Positions 24,476 through 32,650 of a stretch of 64,000 nucleotides of DNA are shown here, piece by piece. The stretch is from Chloroflexota bacterium (GTDB taxonomy: Bacteria > Chloroflexota > Anaerolineae > UBA4142). The notes under the pieces were generated by a model. The model ran no database searches, was not told the origin of the DNA, and was given only the letters and a program-made list of their open reading frames with translations. The position numbers and the translations under genes are program-made. Positions within the stretch are counted from its first letter, which is position 1; each line of letters starts with the position of its first letter. The DNA lies in the NCBI GenBank assembly GCA_016223105.1, contig JACRPR010000083.1:32724-96723 (forward strand), in the 5' to 3' direction.

Positions 24476-24528
24476 CCTCCGACCTCAGCGTCCCGAACGC
24501 TGCGCGCTACCAACTGCGCTACGCCCCG
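24456..24528 (-). tRNA. tRNA-Pro (anticodon CGG)
   Basis: Manual cloverleaf, 73 nt: CGGGGCG-TA-GCGC-AGTTGGTA-GCGC-G-CAGCG-TTCGGGA-CGCTG-AGGTC-GGAGG-TTCAAGT-CCTCT-CGCCCCG-A. CCA is not encoded. Confidence 0.9.
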
Positions 24529-24592
24529 ATTGCGGGCGCATTATATCGCGAATCACTATTTTTGCAAACTATCCAACTTTCCAACTAACCAA

Positions 24593-25297
24593 CTATTCAA
24601 CATTGCGAAGCAACGCGCCCACCTCGCGCAGAGTGCCGCGCCAATCCGCCGGCACATCGGTCGGGAAAAAACCAACATCGGTGATCCAAAATGTTTTCAT
24701 TCCAATTTTGCGCGCGGGCAAAATATCCATCTGCACATCGTTACCGATCATCAAACATTCTGCCGGCGCGACATTCAACCGCGCCGCGATCTCGCGATAG
24801 TATGCCGCGTGCGGTTTGCACGCGTGCATATTTTCGTAGCTGGTTACGAACGCGTAAGAAAAATTTGCGAGCCCGCCCCACTCCAAACGTTGCTGGAGCG
24901 CGGTGAGTGGAAAAAATGGACCGGTCGCGATCACGACCTGTCGGTTCGCTTCAAACGCGCGCGCGATCACCGCGCGCGCGCCCTCGACCGGGCGCGTGAA
25001 CACGCGCAGATCGCGATACTCGCGCGCGTAGAAATCTTCAAACACCGGTTCGAGTTGCGCGCGCGGCACGCCGACTTGCGGATAAAAATCGGCGGCGAAC
25101 ACCTCCGCGAGCGTGCGCGTCGCGTCGCGATTGTGCATCATCACTTGCGTTGACGCGCGCAATTGCGCGATCAATTTTTCCGGCGCGACCAGATGCGCCA
25201 TTTTTTTCGAGAGCGCGGCAAAGTACGGCGGCAAAAATGTTTCCATCGAATTTTCGATCAGCGTGCCGTCCATATCGAACAAGATCGCTTTGAGCAT
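24593..25297 (-). CDS. HAD-superfamily hydrolase
   Basis: Motif I is MLKAILFDMDGTL, starting at the ATG at 25297. The listed 50-codon upstream extension only translates a repeat hairpin. Confidence 0.8.
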   Translation of the reverse strand: MLKAILFDMDGTLIENSMETFLPPYFAALSKKMAHLVAPEKLIAQLRASTQVMMHNRDATRTLAEVFAADFYPQVGVPRAQLEPVFEDFYAREYRDLRVFTRPVEGARAVIARAFEANRQVVIATGPFFPLTALQQRLEWGGLANFSYAFVTSYENMHACKPHAAYYREIAARLNVAPAECLMIGNDVQMDILPARKIGMKTFWITDVGFFPTDVPADWRGTLREVGALLRNVE

Positions 25298-25307
25298 GGG
25301 GTCCTCG

Positions 25308-25443
25308 AAGATCAGAAGGGATAAGAAGGGCAGAGAAGGCGTGCGCGGGCGGAGAGGGCGCAGAAGTGATGGAGGACGTGCTTCCTCTTCTCCGCCCTCT
25401 TTGCCTTCTCTGCCCTCGCCTTCCCTCTTTACCCTTCTTCTAT
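25308..25443. repeat. Long purine-rich/pyrimidine-rich hairpin (GAAGGG-type units)
   Basis: gaagatcagaagggataagaagggcagagaaggcg... pairs with ...cgccttccctctttacccttcttc. Confidence 0.75.
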
Positions 25444-27383
25444 TCAAACACGATCACACCTCGCGCGACATTCCCCGATTCCATACCCGCGAACGCGGTT
25501 GCGATGTCACCGAGCGCGTACCGTTTCGTGACGAGTTCATCGAGCGGCAAACGGCGCGCGCGATACAACTCGACCAGGTGTGGCAAATCCACTTGCGGGC
25601 GAATCGAACCGACGAACGAACCGAGCAGTTTTTTATTTTGGAAAATCAGCGCGCCCGCCGGGATCGGCACATCTTGTTTCGCGGCGTGCATTCCAATAAT
25701 GACTGCCGTGCCGCCCGGGCGCGCACTCTGCAACGCTTGCGCGATCGTGATCGGCGAACCGACCGAATCGAAAACGTAATCGGTGCCGCCGCGCGAAAAT
25801 GATTTGATCGTGCTGGGAATGTCGCACTGCAGAGGATTGAATGTTTCGGTCGCGCCGAGTTGTTTCGCAAACTCCAATTTATTTTCAAGAACGTCCACCG
25901 CGAAAATCGGATAACACCCGGCGAGCTGGCATCCCAGGAGCGCGCTCAACCCGACGCCGCCGCAACCGATCACGGTGGCGGAACTGCCCGGCTCGATGCG
26001 CGCGGTGTTCAACACCGCGCCGACGCCGGTCGCGACCGCGCAACCGATGATCGCCGCGATCTCGAACGGCACATCGTCGGGAAACGGAATCGCGCTCGCT
26101 TGATCGATCACGATCCATTCGCTCATCGTCGCCGCGCTGAGATAATGTTTGAGCGCGATGCCATCGCGCGTTTTCAAGCGCGAGGTACCGTCCGGCAAAA
26201 ATCCGGCGAACGTCGTTTTCGGAAAACGTTCGCACAAGTTCGGTTGCCCGCGCAAACACGCGGGGCAGGTCTCATCGGCAGGCAACCAATTGACCAGGAC
26301 GCGATCACCGGGTTTAATGCGCGTTACATTCGCGCCGACCGATTCGACAACCCCCGCGCCTTCGTGTCCCAGGACGAGCGGCGGCGGCGTGCGAAGTTCG
26401 CCGCGCAGAGTATGCAAATCGGAATGGCACACGCCCGCGGCGCGCACGCGCACCAGCACCTCGTTCGCGCGCGGCGGATCGAGTTCAATCGTTTCAACCG
26501 TGAGACAATTTAATTCGCGCACCACTACGGCCAACATCGTTTGCACTTGGACGTTGCCGAAATAATCGTGCGCCGCCGGCATCGTCGGCGCGATCTCCAT
26601 GAAGATGTCGTGAATGTGACACGCATCCGAAAAACAAAACGCGCTGATCGCGTCCGCGACAAAATCGTTTGTGTCGTACAGATTATGCCAGCGCGCAACA
26701 TTCGTCGGCGCGATTACTCCCAGGTTGCCATCGCGCACACGCGTCTTGATCAGTTTGCCCAGCGGACAACCGAGCGTGAACCATTGCGCGATTTTGTAGC
26801 GGGACGCGAATTTTTTCAACACGTCGAACGAAACAACCGTGCCGAGCGAATGGCTAACCAGGACGATTTCGTCGAAATCGTGCGCGGCTTGATCGAGCGC
26901 GTTGACGAGGCGCTCCTGCACTTGCGCCGCGGCATTCGCGTCGAACAAATACCCGGCGACTTCTTTGATCGCTTCCGTGAGCCCGGGATCAATTCCGAGA
27001 AAACCCATCGCGACCATTCCGCGCGCGGGATGATCTTCTTGCGCGCGCGCGTGCGCGAGCCGTAATTGTTTTTCGTACTCGGCCTTGAATTTTGCAACCT
27101 CCGGCGATTCGACCGCCGCCGCGATGCCCATTGCCGGCTTGGTCATCACGTCGGAATAGTACGCGGAGATGAACGCGAGCGGCTTGGGCAATTGCGCGTT
27201 GATCGCTTGCACCAAACTTTCGTAATAATCTTCGGGAATCGCGCCGCCGCCGTGAACGAACACCATCACGCGGCGCGGCGTTTTCGGCGCGGGCGGTTTC
27301 TTTGCCGCTTTGCTAGTGATACCCAGCGCGCGTTTCGCGCGTGGTCGTGCATTTAAATTCTTTTTCAATTTCTTGTGCGCCAT
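25440..27383 (-). CDS. Fusion protein: N-terminal alpha/beta-hydrolase-like domain + C-terminal zinc-dependent alcohol dehydrogenase
   Basis: ATG at 27383 with a GGAGGA RBS. The N-terminal part has VMVFVHGGG and LVSHSLGT. The C-terminal 365 aa have GVCHSDLH, GHEGAGVV and GCGGVGLS. There is no stop between the two parts. Confidence 0.7.
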   Translation of the reverse strand: MAHKKLKKNLNARPRAKRALGITSKAAKKPPAPKTPRRVMVFVHGGGAIPEDYYESLVQAINAQLPKPLAFISAYYSDVMTKPAMGIAAAVESPEVAKFKAEYEKQLRLAHARAQEDHPARGMVAMGFLGIDPGLTEAIKEVAGYLFDANAAAQVQERLVNALDQAAHDFDEIVLVSHSLGTVVSFDVLKKFASRYKIAQWFTLGCPLGKLIKTRVRDGNLGVIAPTNVARWHNLYDTNDFVADAISAFCFSDACHIHDIFMEIAPTMPAAHDYFGNVQVQTMLAVVVRELNCLTVETIELDPPRANEVLVRVRAAGVCHSDLHTLRGELRTPPPLVLGHEGAGVVESVGANVTRIKPGDRVLVNWLPADETCPACLRGQPNLCERFPKTTFAGFLPDGTSRLKTRDGIALKHYLSAATMSEWIVIDQASAIPFPDDVPFEIAAIIGCAVATGVGAVLNTARIEPGSSATVIGCGGVGLSALLGCQLAGCYPIFAVDVLENKLEFAKQLGATETFNPLQCDIPSTIKSFSRGGTDYVFDSVGSPITIAQALQSARPGGTAVIIGMHAAKQDVPIPAGALIFQNKKLLGSFVGSIRPQVDLPHLVELYRARRLPLDELVTKRYALGDIATAFAGMESGNVARGVIVFE

Positions 27384-27399
27384 TTTTTCCTCCTTCAAT

Positions 27400-27450
27400 G
27401 TGGCGCGGGCTTTCCAGCCCGCAATGCGGCGAACTAAAAGTCCGCGCCAC
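27400..27450. repeat. Palindromic element GTGGCGCGG...CCGCGCCAC with an inner GGGCTTTCCAGCCC hairpin
   Basis: Inverted repeats at 27400-27408 and 27442-27450. It is intergenic. Confidence 0.6.
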
Positions 27451-27456
27451 GCTTGT

Positions 27457-28836
27457 TCACGGTGCGCGCGTCGCGGTCGGCGCGAGCGCGGTGAACGTTG
27501 CCGCCGAAATCGGGACCGCGCGAAAATCAATTCCGCGCGGCGTGTTGAGATAACCCTGCGCTTTGCCGGTGATTGCTTGCGCGCCATATTGCCACACGAT
27601 GCGCCCGGCGCGATTCACGATCACGACGCGATGATTATAGTCATCGCTGAACGCAAAATTTCCGTTCGGCAATTCGATGACGTGCGACGGACGATCCAGC
27701 CAATCGTTTTCCGCGCGCGGAAAAAATTCCCAGACGACGCGCCCGTTCCACGCGAGTTCGATGATGCGACCTGGTTTTTCGTACGCCGCGAGCAGAACAT
27801 TGCCGGCGCGCGTGATTTGCGCTTCGGACGGATACGCGAGATTCGGCAGAGCGACCGAACGATACACCTTGCCTTGCAAATCCATTTCGCTCACGCGACG
27901 ATTCCCGGCTTCGGTGATGAGCAAGCGTCCATTCGCGAGCGGCGTCGCGCCAATCGGTTGATCGAGCAAACCAGGTTCGCCGCCGCACTGCGCGGTCTTG
28001 CCGATCTGCGCGACGACGCGCTTGTCCGGCGCGATGACGACGACGCGACAGTTGCGCGTGTCCGCGACAATCGTTGATCCGTCGGACAAACGTCGCGCGC
28101 TCGCGGGCGTGTTGAGATGCGCGTCATCCGGCGCGGCGACACCAGCTTCGCCGAACGACCACAACATTTTGCGCGATGCGATTTCGATCTCGACGACGCG
28201 ATTGTAGCGCGCGTGATTTGTGATGATCGAATTGCCGGTCGGCGCGAGCGTCGCATCGTCCGGCGCGTCGGTCGCGATTTCCCAGATCACGCGTTTGTCG
28301 TTTGTAACTTCGATCACGCGATTGTTGCCGGTGTCCGCGATGATGAGCGTGCCGGGCAGTGGCAAGCGATCACCCGCGGGAACGAGCGGCGTGATGCTGG
28401 GCGTTGATGTTACGCGCGGCGTCGCGCTGGGCGTCGCGGTGAACAGTAATGTCGGCGCGCGCGTCGGCAACGCGGCGACTGCGCGCAGAACGACAAGCCG
28501 TTGCGCGAGAAATGTCTCGCGATTTGTCGCGCGTCCTTCGATGCGAACCAGGTCGCCGTCTTTCAAATCGAGCAAACTGATTGGCTGTTGATCCGCGCCG
28601 ATGATCTCCGCGCCTTCGCTCAAAGTGATTTTCTGAAACGGTTCCGCGCGTTGATCGAGAATGAGCGCGCGTTCGTCGAACAAAATCGCGGCGATGCCGG
28701 CTTGGATCGCGAGCGGCGGTGTCGGCGATGGCATTGGCGTTGCAACACTTGTACACGCGACCAACAAAAACAAAACCAATTGGGACGCGGACAAACGCGG
28801 ACGCACGCGGATTTTTATTTTTCTCTCCGCGTTCAT
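27457..28836 (-). CDS. Secreted beta-propeller repeat lipoprotein (NHL/YncE-like repeats)
   Basis: The lipobox is LFLLVAC. A repeated blade motif recurs: DTGNNRVIEV, NRVVEIE, TRNCRVVVI, AGNRRVSEM, NHRVVIV. The start is uncertain (28836 or 28866). Confidence 0.6.
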   Translation of the reverse strand: MNAERKIKIRVRPRLSASQLVLFLLVACTSVATPMPSPTPPLAIQAGIAAILFDERALILDQRAEPFQKITLSEGAEIIGADQQPISLLDLKDGDLVRIEGRATNRETFLAQRLVVLRAVAALPTRAPTLLFTATPSATPRVTSTPSITPLVPAGDRLPLPGTLIIADTGNNRVIEVTNDKRVIWEIATDAPDDATLAPTGNSIITNHARYNRVVEIEIASRKMLWSFGEAGVAAPDDAHLNTPASARRLSDGSTIVADTRNCRVVVIAPDKRVVAQIGKTAQCGGEPGLLDQPIGATPLANGRLLITEAGNRRVSEMDLQGKVYRSVALPNLAYPSEAQITRAGNVLLAAYEKPGRIIELAWNGRVVWEFFPRAENDWLDRPSHVIELPNGNFAFSDDYNHRVVIVNRAGRIVWQYGAQAITGKAQGYLNTPRGIDFRAVPISAATFTALAPTATRAP

Positions 28837-28856
28837 CTGCGTTTGTCCGCGTCCAA
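28780..28856. repeat. Palindromic element of the TTGGACGCGGACAAACGC family
   Basis: ttgggacgcggacaaacgcggacgcacgcggattttt...ccgcgttcatctgcgtttgtccgcgtccaa. It contains the lipoprotein's candidate ATG. Confidence 0.8.
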
Positions 28857-28858
28857 TT

Positions 28859-31192
28859 TTATTCATATCGCAAAACCTGACCGACGCGCAAACGCGCGGC
28901 GGCAAGCGCGGGCGCGAGACTCGCGAGGATCGCGAGCGCGAGCGCGAACACCAAACTCGCAAGCACCATCGCGGGTGTCACCAGGTAATCAATGTGAAAC
29001 AAAACCGCTTGCATCAAATTCAACAACAATTGTCCGAGCGGATACCCAATCGCCAAACCGCCGAGCCAACCGACGAGACCCATCGTGATCCCTTCGGTGA
29101 GAAAAACTTGCACCAGGTTCGCGTCGAGCGCGCCCATCGCGCGCAAGATGCCGATCTCGCGACGACGTTCGAGGACGTTGAGCGTGAGCGTGTTCAACAC
29201 ACCGAGCGCGCCCATCGCGCCGATGAGCAGAGACATCGCGTACAACGCGAACGACAAAATGCGCGATTGTTCTTTCGCCGCGCGCACTTCGCGATACGCC
29301 GCGCCACCGCCCATCTGATATTTTTTGAAACGCGCGGCGAGTTCGCCCAAGCGTTTTTCGACCGTCGCCGGATCGCTTGCGTCGAAACCGAGCGCGAAAA
29401 AGGTCGTCCATCCTTCGCGGTTCTGCATTTTTTCGACAACCTCTTCCGGCAAAAACACTTTGCCCGCGACGCGACTGCCGAGAAAAATCGAATTGTCAAT
29501 CGTGATGCCAACGACGCGAAACGCGCGGCGCGTGTCACTTAATTCAATTTCGATTGAATCACCGACGCGCAGATTGCGTTCTTGCGCGAGATCGGTTGAA
29601 ACGATCACCGCGTCCGTTTCGCCGATTTGCAACCAACGTCCCGCGATCAAGCGCGGCGCGTACATTTTCGTGTCTTCCGGCAAACCCCACACGCGCACGC
29701 GACTCGCCTCGACCCAGCCATCGGTCAGCGTCCAGACTTCGGCGGCGCGCACGCCTTCGACCGCGCGAAAATTCGCGACGAAATTCGAGCCGACCCATTG
29801 ATCGAACCAGACCCAGGCATCGGTGTGAAATGTTTGGAACAAACCGTCAATCGCCGCGTCCACCGACGCGCTCGTGCTTTGCGCGGCAAGCGAAGTCGCG
29901 ACCGCGATCGCGATCACCGTCGTCGTGATGAGCGAACGCGTTTTTCGGCGCGCGAGATTGCGTAACGACATCGCGGCAAGCGGCGGCAACGCGATCATTT
30001 TTTGCGCGACGCGATCCATCCAGCCACGTCCGTACGTCGAAGTGATCCCGTACGCTTCGAGCGCATCTTTCACGCGAATCCCGGTCGCCGCGAACGATGG
30101 AATCAATCCCGCGAAAATCGTTACGCCGATGCCGACACTCGCGCCGAGCGCGAGCGCTTCCGGCGAAATGCTCAAACTCGAATCGAGATTGAGCAAGCCG
30201 CCGATGTACGCGAGCAATTGCCAACTCGCGAACGCGCCGAGCGCGATCCCGGCGAGCGTGCCGAAAATTCCGTACAGTGTGGACGCGATCAAATAAATCG
30301 CGAGCACTTGTACGCGCGTGCCGCCGACCGCTTTCACCGTGCCGATCTCGCCGACTTGTTCTGCCGTCATCGCCGCGAGCGTGTTCGCGACGAGAAAGCC
30401 GCTCGTTACAAGACCGACGATTGAAAAAACCGTGAGCAAAACAAACAGCGCGTCGAGTTCGCGCTTGCCGAGATAATTCAACGGATCGCGAATCGTCGGC
30501 GCGCCGCGCGGGATGCCGCGCCGATCCAATAATTTCGCGGCGGCATCCGCGGTTTCGCGCGCTTGCAAAATATCGTCAACTTTGATCAATGCCTGGTTCG
30601 CGCCGCCGATGCCGAGCAAGCGTTGCACATCGGACGCGTTCGCGTACACAGTCGCGAAATCGAGAATCGTCGCGGTCGGATAATTCGGGCTCTGTGCAAA
30701 GCCGGCGAGCGTGAGCGCACGAAACGAGCCATCGCTCGCGCGGCATTGAATCGTTTCGCCGGGTTGCGTCGAAAATAATTCGCGCACCGTAACTTCGGCG
30801 ACGAATTCGCCGGCGTTCGGCGCGCGATTCAACATGCGGATTTGATTGACGCGCGCGCCATCAAAACTTTGCAAGCCGAAAAAATTAACTTCGCGAAAAA
30901 CGCCGTTCCATTTGCATTTGGTGAAATAATTATTGCGGAGTTCGGCTTGCGCGATGTTCGGAATGTCAGCGAGCGCGCGTTCGGTCGCGAGCGGCGCGTC
31001 CCAGACCCAAAATGAAATGTCGGCTTGCGACGCGTTGAGGTACGCGGCGGCTTGCGCGCGCGTGAGGTTTTGCGCGGTCGAAACAATCGCGACAATACCC
31101 GCGACGCCGATGGCGATCGCGCCAATCGTGAGGAGCGAACGCAAGCGGCGTTTGGTGAGATCGCGATATGCTTTGCGGAAAAGTGCGCGCAT
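28859..31192 (-). CDS. ABC transporter permease, FtsX/MacB-like with two FtsX domains
   Basis: 777 aa. The N-terminus reads MRALFRKAYRDLTKRRLRSLLT. It has two 4-TM FtsX-type modules with large extracytoplasmic loops. No ATPase gene is adjacent. Confidence 0.8.
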   Translation of the reverse strand: MRALFRKAYRDLTKRRLRSLLTIGAIAIGVAGIVAIVSTAQNLTRAQAAAYLNASQADISFWVWDAPLATERALADIPNIAQAELRNNYFTKCKWNGVFREVNFFGLQSFDGARVNQIRMLNRAPNAGEFVAEVTVRELFSTQPGETIQCRASDGSFRALTLAGFAQSPNYPTATILDFATVYANASDVQRLLGIGGANQALIKVDDILQARETADAAAKLLDRRGIPRGAPTIRDPLNYLGKRELDALFVLLTVFSIVGLVTSGFLVANTLAAMTAEQVGEIGTVKAVGGTRVQVLAIYLIASTLYGIFGTLAGIALGAFASWQLLAYIGGLLNLDSSLSISPEALALGASVGIGVTIFAGLIPSFAATGIRVKDALEAYGITSTYGRGWMDRVAQKMIALPPLAAMSLRNLARRKTRSLITTTVIAIAVATSLAAQSTSASVDAAIDGLFQTFHTDAWVWFDQWVGSNFVANFRAVEGVRAAEVWTLTDGWVEASRVRVWGLPEDTKMYAPRLIAGRWLQIGETDAVIVSTDLAQERNLRVGDSIEIELSDTRRAFRVVGITIDNSIFLGSRVAGKVFLPEEVVEKMQNREGWTTFFALGFDASDPATVEKRLGELAARFKKYQMGGGAAYREVRAAKEQSRILSFALYAMSLLIGAMGALGVLNTLTLNVLERRREIGILRAMGALDANLVQVFLTEGITMGLVGWLGGLAIGYPLGQLLLNLMQAVLFHIDYLVTPAMVLASLVFALALAILASLAPALAAARLRVGQVLRYE

Positions 31193-31202
31193 AGTTGGTG
31201 GA

Positions 31203-31237
31203 ATAAACCCGAAGGGTCTTGAAGACTCTTCGGGTTT
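31203..31237 (-). terminator. Rho-independent terminator candidate after the DsbA-like cluster
   Basis: The minus strand has the stem aaacccgaagagtcttcaagacccttcgggttt followed by a T-rich tract. Confidence 0.5.
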
Positions 31238-31844
31238 TCATTTTTTCAAAAAGATGTTGATGACGCGTTCGAATTGTTCGTACGGTTGCGCGCCGACAAT
31301 TTTTTGTCCGTTGATGAAAAAGGTCGGGGTGGAGGTAACGCCTTTTTCGGTGTTGGCGCGCGTTTCCGCGCGCACGAGTTCGAGGTGTTTATCGGTGTCG
31401 AGGCAATAATTGAACGTTGGCGCATCCACGCCCAGTTCGAGCGCGAATCGTTTCAAGTTGGCTTGGTTGAACGGCACATTGCCCTGGTTCTCGAACAACT
31501 TGTTATAGTACTCCGCACTCTGCCGCCGCCGCCGCGAGTTCGGATTCCGGTCCCAGGATCGCGTAATGCCGATACGTCATTTTGATCTTGCCGGTCGCGA
31601 CAAAGTTCGCATCAATTCGACGACCCGCGTCGAGGGCAAAACGCCGACAGTACGGTCACTGGAAATCGGACAGTTCGATCATTTCGACAGACGCGCTCGC
31701 GTTGCCTTTCGTTTTGCCGGGCGCGCGCGTATCGAACTCACCGCGCTTGCGCCCGGTGAGTTGACTGAAATCGAACGTGAACACGCCGAACACCAACACC
31801 GCGAATGCCGCGATGCCGACGACGAGCGGCAAATTTTTTTTCAT
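31238..31844 (-). pseudogene. DsbA-like paralog a: in-frame TGA at the CxxC position plus a frameshift/deletion (probably decayed)
   Basis: SDFQ-TGA-PYC at 31656-31658. Relative to paralogs b and c, ~8 codons (ANEQ..FW) are missing near 31505-31522 and the frame shifts (...AAAAAECGVL* versus EYYNKLFENQG...). There is no convincing RBS. Confidence 0.6.
31616..31634 (-). promoter_or_regulatory. SECIS-like hairpin, paralog a
   Basis: RNA: UCGACG-CGGGU-CGUCGA, starting ~21 nt 3' of the UGA. Confidence 0.45.
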
Positions 31845-31869
31845 TGGGAAATCATTTTTGATGCTACCA

Positions 31870-31933
31870 TCATTCTGAGCGAAGCGAAGAATCTTGGTCG
31901 GAACCGGAGACCCTTCGCTACGCTCAGGGTGAC
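31870..31933. repeat. MITE-like palindrome (CATTCTGAGCGAAGCGAAGAATC...CGCTCAGGGTGAC)
   Basis: Inverted termini flank a short core. It lies between DsbA paralogs a and b. Confidence 0.7.
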
Positions 31934-31948
31934 ATTGCGTAACGTCAA

Positions 31949-32632
31949 TTATTTTCCGAGCGCATCGAACGCACGCGCGAATTCAGCATAGTCGAGTGCG
32001 CGCGGGCGAAACGGCGCGTTGTTGATGAAAAACGACGGGGTCGAGTTAATGCCCAGACGCGTGCCTTCGGCGATGTCGGCTTGAATCGTGGACGCGAATT
32101 TCAGCGTGTCCGCGCAGGTATTGAATTTATTCGCATCCAAGCCCAACTCGGTCGCGTATTTTTTCAAATTCGTTTGATTGAACACACTGCGCCCGGCGAT
32201 CGCTTCCGCGACCAGGCGGTCGTGATAGTCCCAGAACCGGGCTTGCTCGTTCGCGCACTCGCTCGCGTTCGCCGCCCACAACGATTCGCCGCTGGGGTCA
32301 ACGACGAGAAAATGTTTGTAGGTGAATTTAACTTTGCCGGTCTTGACGTACGTTTCTGCAATCTGACGCGCCGCGCCAGCTCCAAATTGGATGCAGTAAA
32401 TTCACTTGAAATCGCCAAACTCGATAAACGCAATCGGCGCATCGGCGTTCCCTTTCGTTTTGCCGGACGTGAGCACATTCGATGACGCGGGCGCGGGCGC
32501 GCTCGGTGTTTGCAAAACAAACAACACCGCCGCCGCGATCACGACGAGCACACCGAGACCGATCGCGATTGCCCACATCGGCAATCCGTTTTTTTGCGAT
32601 TCCTTTAGCGGAATCGCTCTACGTGGAGACAT
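31949..32632 (-). CDS. Membrane-anchored DsbA-family thiol:disulfide oxidoreductase, candidate selenoprotein (U-I-Y-C; TGA 32402-32404 read as Sec)
   Basis: The two listed ORFs (32402..32632 and 31949..32281) are in the same frame, joined through a single TGA at the first-Cys position. It has an N-terminal TM anchor, an AAAGGA RBS, and a DsbA-like C-terminal half (AANASECANEQARFWDYHD...STPSFFIN). Confidence 0.6.
32363..32379 (-). promoter_or_regulatory. SECIS-like hairpin, paralog b
   Basis: RNA: CUGGCG-CGGCG-CGUCAG (6 bp including one G-U), starting 22 nt 3' of the UGA. Confidence 0.45.
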
Positions 32633-32650
32633 GCATAATCCTTTCGTTTT

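Noticed and set aside
24354-25153. Plus-strand ORFs 24354..24800 and 24530..25153
   Set aside because: They overlap the tRNA-Pro gene and are antisense to the HAD hydrolase gene.
27384-27587. 68-codon N-terminal extension of the hydrolase-ADH ORF (start at 27587)
   Set aside because: The extension is Arg-rich, runs through a palindromic repeat and overlaps the upstream gene end. The internal ATG at 27383 has a GGAGGA RBS.
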